Source of the DNA: a bacterium
Lineage (GTDB): Bacteria; Cyanobacteriota; Vampirovibrionia; Vampirovibrionales; Vampirovibrionaceae
Assembly (NCBI GenBank): GCA_030429585.1
Contig: JAUIEU010000001.1
Coordinates: 353,982 to 417,981 of the forward strand
Direction of reading: 5' to 3'
Length of the DNA: 64,000 nt
The notes under the pieces are model-generated. The model was not told the origin of the DNA, ran no database searches, and saw only the letters and a program-made list of their open reading frames with translations. Made by a program: the position numbers and the translations under genes. Positions 48,501 to 55,811 of this stretch are shown in pieces. Numbering within the stretch: the first letter of the stretch is position 1; the number at the start of each line of letters is the position of its first letter.

Positions 48501-50061
48501 GGGCTAAAAACTGACCACTACCATGTATCCTGCTTTTAGCAGACACATTAGCGGTCGTTAGTCCGGTGTTCCCGATTCTGGATATGCCTTGATTCCGAAC
48601 ACGGTTGTTCGTCGAGGTAACGTTTAAGGTATCAGTTGCATCAATGGTGCTGTTACCCACGTTTTGTACCGCTCTAACACCTGTAACATCAACGGTTTTA
48701 CCAAAAATATCACCACTGCGGTTGTTTAAAATACCGTTAGCGGAATCGAGGCTAATATTGCCGTTATTGGCGGTAATGTTGCCGCCATAGTTTAAAATCT
48801 GATTCGATGCTGAAGAGCCATCGGTGGTTTCGATGCTGATATTGCCGTTGGTACTGGTGATATCACCACCCGTTGGGCCGGTTAGGCCACCCAAGGCAAC
48901 ACGCTTGGCGGCAGAAATAGTAATATCACCATCTGCTGTAATAACACCCGGCAATACAACGCCTACATCCTGGTTTAAAATATCATCATTGGTATTGGTA
49001 ATATCAATGGTGCCGGTTGAGGCAATGGTGCCTTGGTTAATGGTTTCGCCGCCAGAGGCTTTTAGTACGATAGCCCCATCTACAGACGCCACAGTGGTGG
49101 CTTCGATACGGCCCTTGTTGTTAATGGCACGATCGTAGAGGGAGGAATCCAGATCAGCCTGCATTTTAATCATGTTGCCGGTAATGGTGCCGGCAGTGTT
49201 GTTAAAAATAGCATCCTGCAGCCCGCCTACTTTTTGAGATAGGGCTTCATCCACGGTGACATCGACGAGAACGCCGCCGCTGGTGGCTAGGGTGACTTTA
49301 TTGCCCACGGCCAGGTGGACATTTCCTGTGGTGCTTTGAATAGTGCCATTGTTGCCAATGCGACTGGCAAGTAATACGACATCGCCAGCAGTGGCTTTAA
49401 TGTGCCCTAGGTTATTAATGGCAGATGAAAGCCCACCATTACGGTCAAAGGTTAAGTTACCGGTACCGTTATAGGCCATAAATTGTGCATCGGTCATATT
49501 TAGAGGCAATGTACTGGCAGTTAGGCTACCAACATTTACTGCACTGCTAGCGCCAAATATAATGCCACCGGGGTTAACTAATAACACGTTGCCATTAGAG
49601 AATAAATTACCTAGAAAATTCGTTGGCCCACCACTAATTTTACCGAGGAAATACCCATTACCGCTGGTATGCCTAATTCTGATGGTTTGACCGGCCAACG
49701 TATTGAAGTCGGTGGTAGTGGCAACCATGTTACCAGCCCCGATAAACTTAGCTTTGTTAGCATCGGGGTTGGTCAGGGTACCACCTTGTACCGTTGTGTT
49801 GGCATTGGTGGGTATGGCCCACGCACCACCACTACTAAGCATCATCCCGCCGACAAGCCCAAGAGCAACTAGTCGTTGAGCAAGCCCGCTAAAACTACTC
49901 ACGCCCCATTGGCCGAGTAAACTAGCGACCAAGGTTTCTACATCCTTTTTACTGGTAGCCATGGTGCGGATACCGCTGCTACCAAAGACGACGTAGCGGT
50001 GTTTGTTGACGGCGGTACGAAGGGCTTGCGGTAGGTCGGCAATAAGGGATGCGAGACTCAT
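42598..50061 (-). CDS. giant TpsA exoprotein / filamentous-haemagglutinin-like adhesin (2487 aa)
   Basis: Extended signal peptide; TPS secretion domain (NGNVLLVNPGGIIFGASSAVNVGSLTASTLPL); about 2000 aa of degenerate G/N/T/D-rich beta-helical repeats; acidic C-terminus. It lies immediately downstream of the TpsB gene. Confidence 0.9.
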   Translation of the reverse strand: MSLASLIADLPQALRTAVNKHRYVVFGSSGIRTMATSKKDVETLVASLLGQWGVSSFSGLAQRLVALGLVGGMMLSSGGAWAIPTNANTTVQGGTLTNPDANKAKFIGAGNMVATTTDFNTLAGQTIRIRHTSGNGYFLGKISGGPTNFLGNLFSNGNVLLVNPGGIIFGASSAVNVGSLTASTLPLNMTDAQFMAYNGTGNLTFDRNGGLSSAINNLGHIKATAGDVVLLASRIGNNGTIQSTTGNVHLAVGNKVTLATSGGVLVDVTVDEALSQKVGGLQDAIFNNTAGTITGNMIKMQADLDSSLYDRAINNKGRIEATTVASVDGAIVLKASGGETINQGTIASTGTIDITNTNDDILNQDVGVVLPGVITADGDITISAAKRVALGGLTGPTGGDITSTNGNISIETTDGSSASNQILNYGGNITANNGNISLDSANGILNNRSGDIFGKTVDVTGVRAVQNVGNSTIDATDTLNVTSTNNRVRNQGISRIGNTGLTTANVSAKSRIHGSGQFLAQTLNLTATDGNIGTDAANPLMIDADTVTLNAGDSAFVSDLDNIDLGASNVANMLALASTGAGEVIVTGNTTAKNVAITNNNGNLDVSNGVSVTGETVDFTATGETEINTGASVTATNGALNITADSDNNQNGNVLNKGTIQANNGRVTIDARKITNDATGQILSDVDQIHLKTGAPWNYSAKIEGNDIINRGTITAATRLNMQAADDIENTGGTIQAQTVDAFAADDIKVDGGSVHGTANVNFITGDAASPENFRDITITDASVTAANRVNLNAGDDIIIEGNSTIGNGNKVDITAGDNIDIRDRSGNTPTIAGSEYVNVNAADELATDGMITSSGGGVTLHSVDNVTNDATVSGTTVAVTSDDDITNNGSLTSTTGDVTITSAVGSQQSNVTNNGSISSAAKVAINSGDSATPGTNDNITNTGSIAAAGDVTLNAGDSVANNGTGSVTSTGGTVKITAADKFTSEADSAITGNQGVDIDANTVDTDGAITATNNDVTIDTVGNLKNDGTIESVSRHVLLTSDMGEVENTGTVEANRMTRLMADTTAINSGSLSGSRVVMLAFDNVENSTGGTIEATDTVELRSRGNSTVHLEGADIINNGGIDAGGAVTITSRDDFDNTGSVQGASVAITTMDDVTNTAPGSITSTTGDITIDALGSTVTNSGAMSSANDLIINAGDSGTFQEGDDIINTTAGTLFASRDVVLNAGDDVENSGDIRGRDVDIDAAHRVENKVDAFIKGRRNLDIDAKSVRNDGRLFAKREDLTINASVGTIFNTETGSIEAEEGKVTLTADTSNIINQGDIDAAKKAKIEATNGSVANGGDIHGNNIVIRVKEDITNQVGGHIHADNNVTLDQFGPVAFAEGQDIINNGSIEAGGDVTINSNDDVTIGVPGDILGTNVTITAADDILINGLVDTHHGPGDISKVTKTTKIPLEGDTVTLDAGNNVTIGVNGVVHGAKMVDAKAGNNITVNGAVESGLSDFRFDYSGSGPHTGTVKLDAVNNVTVGVDGLILADNTVDVDAGNNITVNGLVEAGVHPDDIFSYGGGGIPLRTLGGPIPFTLEGGDVDLNAGNDVTVSATGGIFAGNSITGTAVNNINVDGIVSALNLSPRVAVRTAAAVPPPVAPGSVNLTATNGDITVSDGGIVIGQNLVSGNAGNNIQIDGTVIAGQPLLFSRPATRGGSPVPGLLFGGNIELDAGNDINVSESGAAIAGSRVDATAQNDITIDGLVEAYDPTMGRGGPGRRGPVSPRDRSGVVTLDAIDGDITVGKNGEVIASRRVRGDAGNNITVKGLVQAGYEDDGIFSYGGGSDALSEGRVALDAGKNIKVTSKGEVRAGHSIDATAGKNITINGIVETPSASSGDVIKPSRTTKVLIDDTHGDITLTAGKNITVNDSGRVSAAGDVTGTAGNDIINDGLIEAGVETDDTFSYGGGGFSRPGHEAIPGEGDVRLITENNISGTGLTRGDLVRLKAKNGDVGSEATPFETEANKLRINANNGSAFVNEADDVILRKSNAQDDLQVTSKDAGDITITGEQTGTDIVIDNKSGDIIVNNTVTATNTADVTAENSISGTGTVGGDLVKLKAKNGNIGSAADPLNTDANKLRITAKNGSAFVDEADDVKLRRGQAQGTLQVTSIGAGDIDIKGEQTATDITINNDDGSIQINNLVTGDSSVSMAAQGDIDVNADVLGNDNVNLSALDGNLSGPGLVSGEEMVLNASDGITLDTNASFLTTTSGGTTSIFDANSVIIRSMVAGGNLRFSNGTNTPGVFDPLGSGTVLAGRLQGDQVFVDVVGSLLDGNGGAVNLVANGASRLTAGGIIGTIGDPFDVLVRNGSLSVGANGQVAGTSIVINGVVNPSNTLNVLGTPPGAVIFNGNFLALGSLGDALNREGLPYLTVDYNRLRDLFNKAFESVDGVIGDGETTAVEAQIINERTDFGQPFDLRLIEEDGGESDDGGFSFVAVEDESSED

Positions 50062-50212
50062 GAAGGGGTTTCCTTAAGAAAGTGCTATATAAGTGTGAAA
50101 TGGATAGGGTGACTGGCGCCAGTGTTACAAAATGTAAAGGCGGGGTTTCTCCCAAAAAGTTCGATGTGTGGCCATCATTATGGCGGGCTGTCTATAAACT
50201 AACACTAGTTGG

Positions 50213-52045
50213 TTAGAACAATTGCGTTTCTAGGCCAAAGTGTAAACGTGGATTGGCTTGGCGGTTTTTAGCCGGGTTGGAAAAGGCGGTAGGCTGCCGT
50301 AGCAGCGGGATGCCAAGATCTACCCGAGCGGTAAGTAACTTGGTAAGGCGGGCCCGTAAGCCAATGCCCATACCCCAGGCCACTTCGTCTTTTTGCTCCC
50401 CAATAATAGTACGGTGGGAGTATATCGCGCCGGCATCCATAAACGTTACAAGTTGGATATTATCGCGGAAGGAATAGCCGGTACCGGGGATATGCCACGA
50501 GCGAGGTAACACGAAGAAGGGCACATGCCATTCGCCGCTAACCATTAGGCCTTGGTCGCCAATTAGCTCGCCTTCGGTGTAGCCACGCACGGTAAAGGCA
50601 CCACCGAGTTGGAATTGCTCAATAGGGGGCAGTCTGTCTGGGGTGGCTTGGCCCATGGCCCGGAAGACACCAGTGGTGCCAAAGGGCATTTTTTGAACCC
50701 GTGTAGCGGCACCGGTGTAGCGCACAAATTGGCTACCGGCGCGGGCACGGCTAAGGGCAACATCGCCCGGCTCGGGGGTGCTATTGCGCCCACCTAGCCA
50801 GTCAAAGCCAAAGGCTACTTCGTTATTCCAGTAGGTACGGCCTAAACGGTCACTTTCCTCGTAGTTTAGGGCTGCCCGTAAGGTGCGTACCCGATCCACA
50901 AACTTAATGCCCCCGTTGGCGCCGTTGGTATTAACGTTTTTAAAATCCATCCCTAAATCTACCGACAATAGGTGATGGTCCGTATTAATCAGCTCTTGGC
51001 TGATATAGGGGGAGTAGATGTTCACGTCGCCCTTAATGTTTAAGGCAGCGATGCCATCTTCGCCAAGGCGTATGCGGCTGTGGGCGTAATCCATGTTTAG
51101 CTTGGTGCCCCACGGGCCAACAGGCACTTTGTATTGGGTAACGGTACTAAAGCTGCGGCGGCTAAAGCCCACCGTATTACTAATGGTATCGCCAAGGCCA
51201 AGCAGGTTGTTGTGGGTAACGGTGGCGCCTAAGCGTTTTTTACCAATTTGGTAGCGGCCCAAGTTATCCCAAAATAGGCTGGCATGGTAAGGGTGGTTTT
51301 CATACGTTGGGCGCAGCTCAATATCGGTTTCATCTGGGTTTTGGCCAGCTTGTAGCACGGCAGCCACGTTAAGGTCTGGGTTAGTGTTAATGCGGCGTAG
51401 CTGACGACGAAGGTTGGCATTGTTTAACACACCATGGCCCACACGGAAGCGAGGCTCGACGCTGCGATCGCGGAAGTGACGCCTTTCCATAAACTCAACA
51501 TCGCCAACGGTACCTTCTACCCCTTGTAGGGTAACGGTTCTATCTGCAATTTTTTGTGGCGGAATATACACACGGCTGGTAACAAAGCCTTTATCCCGAA
51601 TTCTATCGGTGAGGGCATCGGCCAGTTCTTGTAAGTCTAAAAAGTTAAGCAATCCTTGGGCGCGGTAGGGGGCTACTAAGGATTCTATTTCGTCTTCATC
51701 CAGCACTTTTAGGTCGGCAACAATAATCTCGTCTACCGGGAATTTTCGGCTTAGGCTGGGGTCTTGGGGTGGGGGCGCCTGCTCGTCAATAATTTCAGGT
51801 TCTGGGGGGGCCTCTGCATCAGGGGCTGTTTTCGTGGCTGTTGGGTTTTTTTGGAAATGTTGCTGAATGGCCCCAGCGTTTGAGCTGGGAGATGTTTGGT
51901 TAAGCCCTTGGGCATGGCTAACTAACGGTAACCACATGGAAAGCGCTACGGTGGTAGCCATAAGGTAGGTAGTGTATCGGGTTAAGTTGCGTGTCACAGT
52001 GTGGGTGCCCTTAAAAGAGATGGAAAAAGTGTTTAAATTATACAA
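50213..52045 (-). CDS. TpsB (ShlB/FhaC/HecB family) two-partner-secretion outer-membrane translocator
   Basis: 610 aa with a signal peptide, POTRA-like region, C-terminal beta-barrel ending in ...HFGLETQLF (C-terminal Phe), and position directly upstream of tpsA. Confidence 0.9.
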   Translation of the reverse strand: MYNLNTFSISFKGTHTVTRNLTRYTTYLMATTVALSMWLPLVSHAQGLNQTSPSSNAGAIQQHFQKNPTATKTAPDAEAPPEPEIIDEQAPPPQDPSLSRKFPVDEIIVADLKVLDEDEIESLVAPYRAQGLLNFLDLQELADALTDRIRDKGFVTSRVYIPPQKIADRTVTLQGVEGTVGDVEFMERRHFRDRSVEPRFRVGHGVLNNANLRRQLRRINTNPDLNVAAVLQAGQNPDETDIELRPTYENHPYHASLFWDNLGRYQIGKKRLGATVTHNNLLGLGDTISNTVGFSRRSFSTVTQYKVPVGPWGTKLNMDYAHSRIRLGEDGIAALNIKGDVNIYSPYISQELINTDHHLLSVDLGMDFKNVNTNGANGGIKFVDRVRTLRAALNYEESDRLGRTYWNNEVAFGFDWLGGRNSTPEPGDVALSRARAGSQFVRYTGAATRVQKMPFGTTGVFRAMGQATPDRLPPIEQFQLGGAFTVRGYTEGELIGDQGLMVSGEWHVPFFVLPRSWHIPGTGYSFRDNIQLVTFMDAGAIYSHRTIIGEQKDEVAWGMGIGLRARLTKLLTARVDLGIPLLRQPTAFSNPAKNRQANPRLHFGLETQLF

Positions 52046-52074
52046 TACATATAGATTCTGAAAATTACTGTCTC

Positions 52075-52821
52075 ATGAATGGGCCGTTTCGTCATGTACC
52101 AATCGGTAAATTAAAGGGGTGGGTATGGGGTGAATTTTATGTGGGAATGGCCGATACCTACTTATATATAGCTGCCGCAAGGCTGACGTTGAGGAGTTTG
52201 CCGTTTATGCCGAGTAATGGGCCATTCCAACTAGAACATGGCGGGTACCACCGCGCACCAGCGTTAATGGAGCTGGTTATTGTGCTGCTGGTGGGCCTGT
52301 TGGTGTTTTTAAGCGGCCCTGGTAAGGCTCAGGCCAGCCAGCGGGTGTTTAAAAGCGGGGCACAGTTTAACGAGCAGTATACGTTGCCTTTTGAGTTACA
52401 TGGCCGCTGGAAGCGAACCCGGTTTATCCAAAAGAGCAGCTCGCCTAATGTGTTTAAAACCATCGAAACTGGCGAATGGGATATTCGGCAGGTGGATGAC
52501 ATGGTGGCCCTAACCAACCCGGCCAATGGCATGCGGGCCATGGCCACCATTACCAATATAGACAAAGATACGGTGACCTTAAGCCTAAAGCGCCCGGTGG
52601 ATAGCCGCCGCTGGTGCCAGGAGACCTTGGCCCTGACGCCCCATAAATCTAGTGGGGGCCAGCACTTAACGGGCCAACAAACCAAGGCCTGCTATAAAGG
52701 CCAAAGCGATACCCCCTATTTTTATGCCAGCGCCTACGTGAAGGGCGAAAAAGCCTCTGCGTTGGACGATGGTACCGATACCCCAGTGAACGTGTATAAC
52801 TACCTATACTTAGGTGAGTAA
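52075..52821 (+). CDS. hypothetical protein (possible secreted; start uncertain)
   Basis: 248-aa ORF with an internal signal-like hydrophobic segment (LMELVIVLLVGLLVFLSGPGKAQA). Recognition is by ORF length only. Confidence 0.4.
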   Translation: MNGPFRHVPIGKLKGWVWGEFYVGMADTYLYIAAARLTLRSLPFMPSNGPFQLEHGGYHRAPALMELVIVLLVGLLVFLSGPGKAQASQRVFKSGAQFNEQYTLPFELHGRWKRTRFIQKSSSPNVFKTIETGEWDIRQVDDMVALTNPANGMRAMATITNIDKDTVTLSLKRPVDSRRWCQETLALTPHKSSGGQHLTGQQTKACYKGQSDTPYFYASAYVKGEKASALDDGTDTPVNVYNYLYLGE

Positions 52822-53044
52822 ACCGAAGTTAAGGTACTGACTAATTATACTTTAGCGGCTGAAGCCGGTGCGGGGTGTAACATACGAAGTATGACGCCCC
52901 AGCAGACCAATCAGCGGGTGAGCATTGCCTATGATACAAATTAACCGGCAAGCGCAGCCGCTGTTGGGAAGGCACACAGTATGCGTACCAATTACTAAAA
53001 GGCCCTTGGGAGGGTTTGGGAACACCACTGTTCCCAATGGGGGG

Positions 53045-53065
53045 GTTGGGGGCTAGCCCCCCAAC
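53045..53065. other. perfect GC-rich palindrome (GTTGGGGGCTAGCCCCCAAC) between convergent genes, with a second hairpin (GGGAACaccactGTTCCC) just upstream
   Basis: Inverted repeats read directly; no flanking U-run on either strand. Confidence 0.4.
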
Positions 53066-53093
53066 GAAAAAGAAAGCATTATAATTAATCTTG

Positions 53094-54350
53094 CTACAGC
53101 ACCATGCGCTTGCGCCACAGCAGGGCAGCGCCAATGGCGGCAATGGTCAGCACCGGCAACCAACTGCTTACCCCCAGCACGGGGGCCATGGGCAGGATGC
53201 CATCAAAGGCGGCCACCAGGTTTTTGCCAATGGCGGCCCCAAAGGCGCGCAGCATGTAAAACAAAAATAAGGCGGCAATGGCAAATATAATGCCACGGTT
53301 GGCGCTTTGGCGGGGGGCGGTAATGGCTAGGGGCACGGCCACTAAAATCATGGCCAGGCAGCTTAGGGGCAGGGTGAGTTTTTCCCACAGCCTTATATAG
53401 GTGCCCTTGTTGACGATCATCCCCAAGGATTCTCGTTTGTTAATGCGCCATAATAGCTGCCCAAAGCTAAGCTCGCTGCTATCCAGGGCCAGTTTGTCTT
53501 TTAACGAGGCCTTTTTAGTGGCCTTTTGGGTGGTTTTTAGCCCAGCGCTGTTTAATAAGTCTTTTACCCGCATCACCCCGCTGTTATTAAAGGTAAAGGT
53601 CTCACTTTTTTTAAAAAGGCTATACACATTGGCTTTATGGAACTCCCAATGGGTGGGGAACCACTTACCGCCCTGGGATTGCACCACTTGCATCACATCC
53701 GGGTCGCTCACATCCACAATGGTGCTGGGGCCCAGGTTGTCGCCATCATAGCCGCTCACGTACACCAGTTTGCGCAGGTGGCCGTCATCGTCAGAATCTC
53801 TAAAGGTGACGCTTTGGCGCCCCACAGGCAACGTGCCGTGGGTCAGCAGGTCATTTTTAATGGTATCCACCATGCTGTTGCACACGGGCACCACATAATC
53901 GCCCATGACATAGGTAAACATGGTGGCTAATAGGCCCACCACAATAGCGGGGCGCACCAGTCGCATTAGGGGGATGCCACACATGCGCATGGCCATAATC
54001 TCGTGCTTGCCGTTTAGGTTGCTGTATACCAACAGCACAGCTAAAAAGGCGCTGGCTGGTACAATCAGGGTCATGGTTTTAGGCAGTTGCAGGCCAATTA
54101 GCAGTAGTGCCGTATTAATAGGGATGCCGTATTTCTGGATATCGCGAATAAAATCCAAAAAGGTATCCGAGAAGAACACCAACAAGGTAAAAACGGATAG
54201 GGCAATCAGCAAACTATCCACAATTTGGCTGGTCAGGTACTTATCCAGTACCGTAATAGTTGCCCAGTCTTTAAGGCGGTGTAGGGCGCTGGTAGTGGCG
54301 GGTGTGGGGGTAGGCGATGAGGAAGGAGCCGACATAGGGGGAGTGGGCAA
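53094..54350 (-). CDS. LptF/LptG-family (YjgP/YjgQ) LPS-export permease with S/P/T-rich N-terminal extension
   Basis: 418 aa with six TM segments plus a periplasmic beta-jellyroll region. The family is typical of diderm bacteria. Confidence 0.8.
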   Translation of the reverse strand: MPTPPMSAPSSSPTPTPATTSALHRLKDWATITVLDKYLTSQIVDSLLIALSVFTLLVFFSDTFLDFIRDIQKYGIPINTALLLIGLQLPKTMTLIVPASAFLAVLLVYSNLNGKHEIMAMRMCGIPLMRLVRPAIVVGLLATMFTYVMGDYVVPVCNSMVDTIKNDLLTHGTLPVGRQSVTFRDSDDDGHLRKLVYVSGYDGDNLGPSTIVDVSDPDVMQVVQSQGGKWFPTHWEFHKANVYSLFKKSETFTFNNSGVMRVKDLLNSAGLKTTQKATKKASLKDKLALDSSELSFGQLLWRINKRESLGMIVNKGTYIRLWEKLTLPLSCLAMILVAVPLAITAPRQSANRGIIFAIAALFLFYMLRAFGAAIGKNLVAAFDGILPMAPVLGVSSWLPVLTIAAIGAALLWRKRMVL

Positions 54351-54442
54351 TCTTAAAAAAACGTGATGATGGGGGGAGTAAGCTCCAAATATGATACACT
54401 AACGGCGTTGGTTGACATAAATAAAGAAAGGCCCACCTTATT

Positions 54443-54772
54443 ATGGGTAATGTATTAGAAGTTACTAAAGATACGTTTGACAATGAAGTTAAAAATGCGG
54501 ATGTGCCCGTACTGGTAGATTTTTGGGCACCCTGGTGTGGCCCTTGCCGCGCCTTGGCCCCCGTGATTGATGAGCTGGCCGTTGAATTTGACGGGAAAGC
54601 TAAAATTGTAAAAATTAACACGGATGAAAACACGGAATTGGCTCAACAATACCGCATTAGTGGTATCCCTAGCCTGTTGTTTTTTAAAGGCGGCGAGCCT
54701 GTGGAGCAATTGGTGGGTGTTCAGCAAAAATCCGATTTAGCGAAGAAGCTAACCGAAATTACGAACAACTAA
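54443..54772 (+). CDS. trxA: thioredoxin
   Basis: WCGPC active site and a length of 109 aa. Confidence 0.95.
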   Translation: MGNVLEVTKDTFDNEVKNADVPVLVDFWAPWCGPCRALAPVIDELAVEFDGKAKIVKINTDENTELAQQYRISGIPSLLFFKGGEPVEQLVGVQQKSDLAKKLTEITNN

Positions 54773-54821
54773 GCACGGTAACGCCGAATTGGTAGCGTTA
54801 CAGCGATAGGTTCTACATATA

Positions 54822-54852
54822 AGCGCCCCTGGGATTCTGGGGGCGCTTTTTG
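54822..54852 (+). terminator. intrinsic terminator after trxA
   Basis: AGCGCCCC-(loop)-GGGGCGCT followed by TTTTTGTG. Confidence 0.75.
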
Positions 54853-54964
54853 TGTAGGCGCAACTGCTTAAGGGTGTTTGTGTTCCTATACTATAGTAGC
54901 CGTGTTATTCCGCGTAAGGATTCTTTCTGTGATTTATATTGCCGCCCGTGCCCCCTATGCTGCC

Positions 54965-55387
54965 ATGGCCACCCCAAAGCAGCCTGCTTTTGGTTGCGAA
55001 GGGTGCGCGCCAAGCTCTACCCCAGTGGCGGCGCTCTCTAAGGTGCTGAAGGTGGCTACCGACAATTTTGACCAGGATGTTTTGCAGAGTAAAACCCCAG
55101 TATTGGTGGATTTTTATGCGGATTGGTGCCCACCCTGCCAAAACTTAGCCCCCATATTGGAAGATTTGGCGGCTATTCACCATAACGGTTGGCCGAAAGG
55201 TACCCGTATTGCCAAGGTGGATGTAGAGGCTAGCCGAGACTTAATGCAGCGCTATAACGTTAAAAGTATGCCCACCTTGGTGCTGTTTAACCAAGGCAAG
55301 GAGATTACCCGTTGGACAGGCGCTAGCGATAAGACCACACTGATTGAGCGCGTAAGTAAGGCGCTGCCTACATTAGAGACGGTGTAA
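54965..55387 (+). CDS. thioredoxin-like protein with atypical WCPPC active site
   Basis: Thioredoxin fold (VLVDFYADWCPPCQNLAPILEDLA ... MPTLVLF). The ORF track starts at 54878, which overlaps the trxA terminator; the ATG at 54965 is preferred. Confidence 0.75.
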   Translation: MATPKQPAFGCEGCAPSSTPVAALSKVLKVATDNFDQDVLQSKTPVLVDFYADWCPPCQNLAPILEDLAAIHHNGWPKGTRIAKVDVEASRDLMQRYNVKSMPTLVLFNQGKEITRWTGASDKTTLIERVSKALPTLETV

Positions 55388-55811
55388 ACGTAACGGGGGC
55401 TTAACAATAGGGGGTGTTTAAGGGGTGTTTTGGCAACAAGCTGGCTTTAGGGGGCTTTGTGGGTATAATGAATCGTGTTGATTTTAAAGCTAGTTGGCTT
55501 TTCCAACCCTATTCAGACACTTCCCACCATTACCAGATGGTTTTTTAGATGACTGACGTGTTTTCCACCACAACCAACCTGTGCTTCACCTCCGCGCCAT
55601 TTCAGTGGCGTTGGCGTAGCCAAGCGTAAGGCCCATTTGTGGTTTTGTGGAATCGTCAATCATGCTTTTGTTTCAATTTTCAAGTGCTGATTTCCACTAG
55701 AGCAACTTTTATTTCCTTAATTGTTGGGAACGAACTGGACCTCGCGCAACCTCCTTTTTAGTGAGGTTTTTTAGTGGTTACTGTTTCTGTTGGAATCGAC
55801 ACCTGGTGTAT

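Noticed and set aside
42887-49872. About 25 plus-strand ORFs (60-370 aa) listed inside the giant TpsA gene
   Set aside because: They are antisense or alternative-frame to a clearly real 2487-aa gene. They are open only because of the repetitive, stop-poor codon composition of the beta-helix repeats, and their translations are low-complexity (S/P/L/V-rich).
55761-55811. GTG start at 55761 for the 465-aa hypothetical protein
   Set aside because: The GTG lies within a hairpin plus T-run (AACCTC...GAGGTTTTTT) that looks like a terminator. A downstream ATG (55812 or later) is more plausible.
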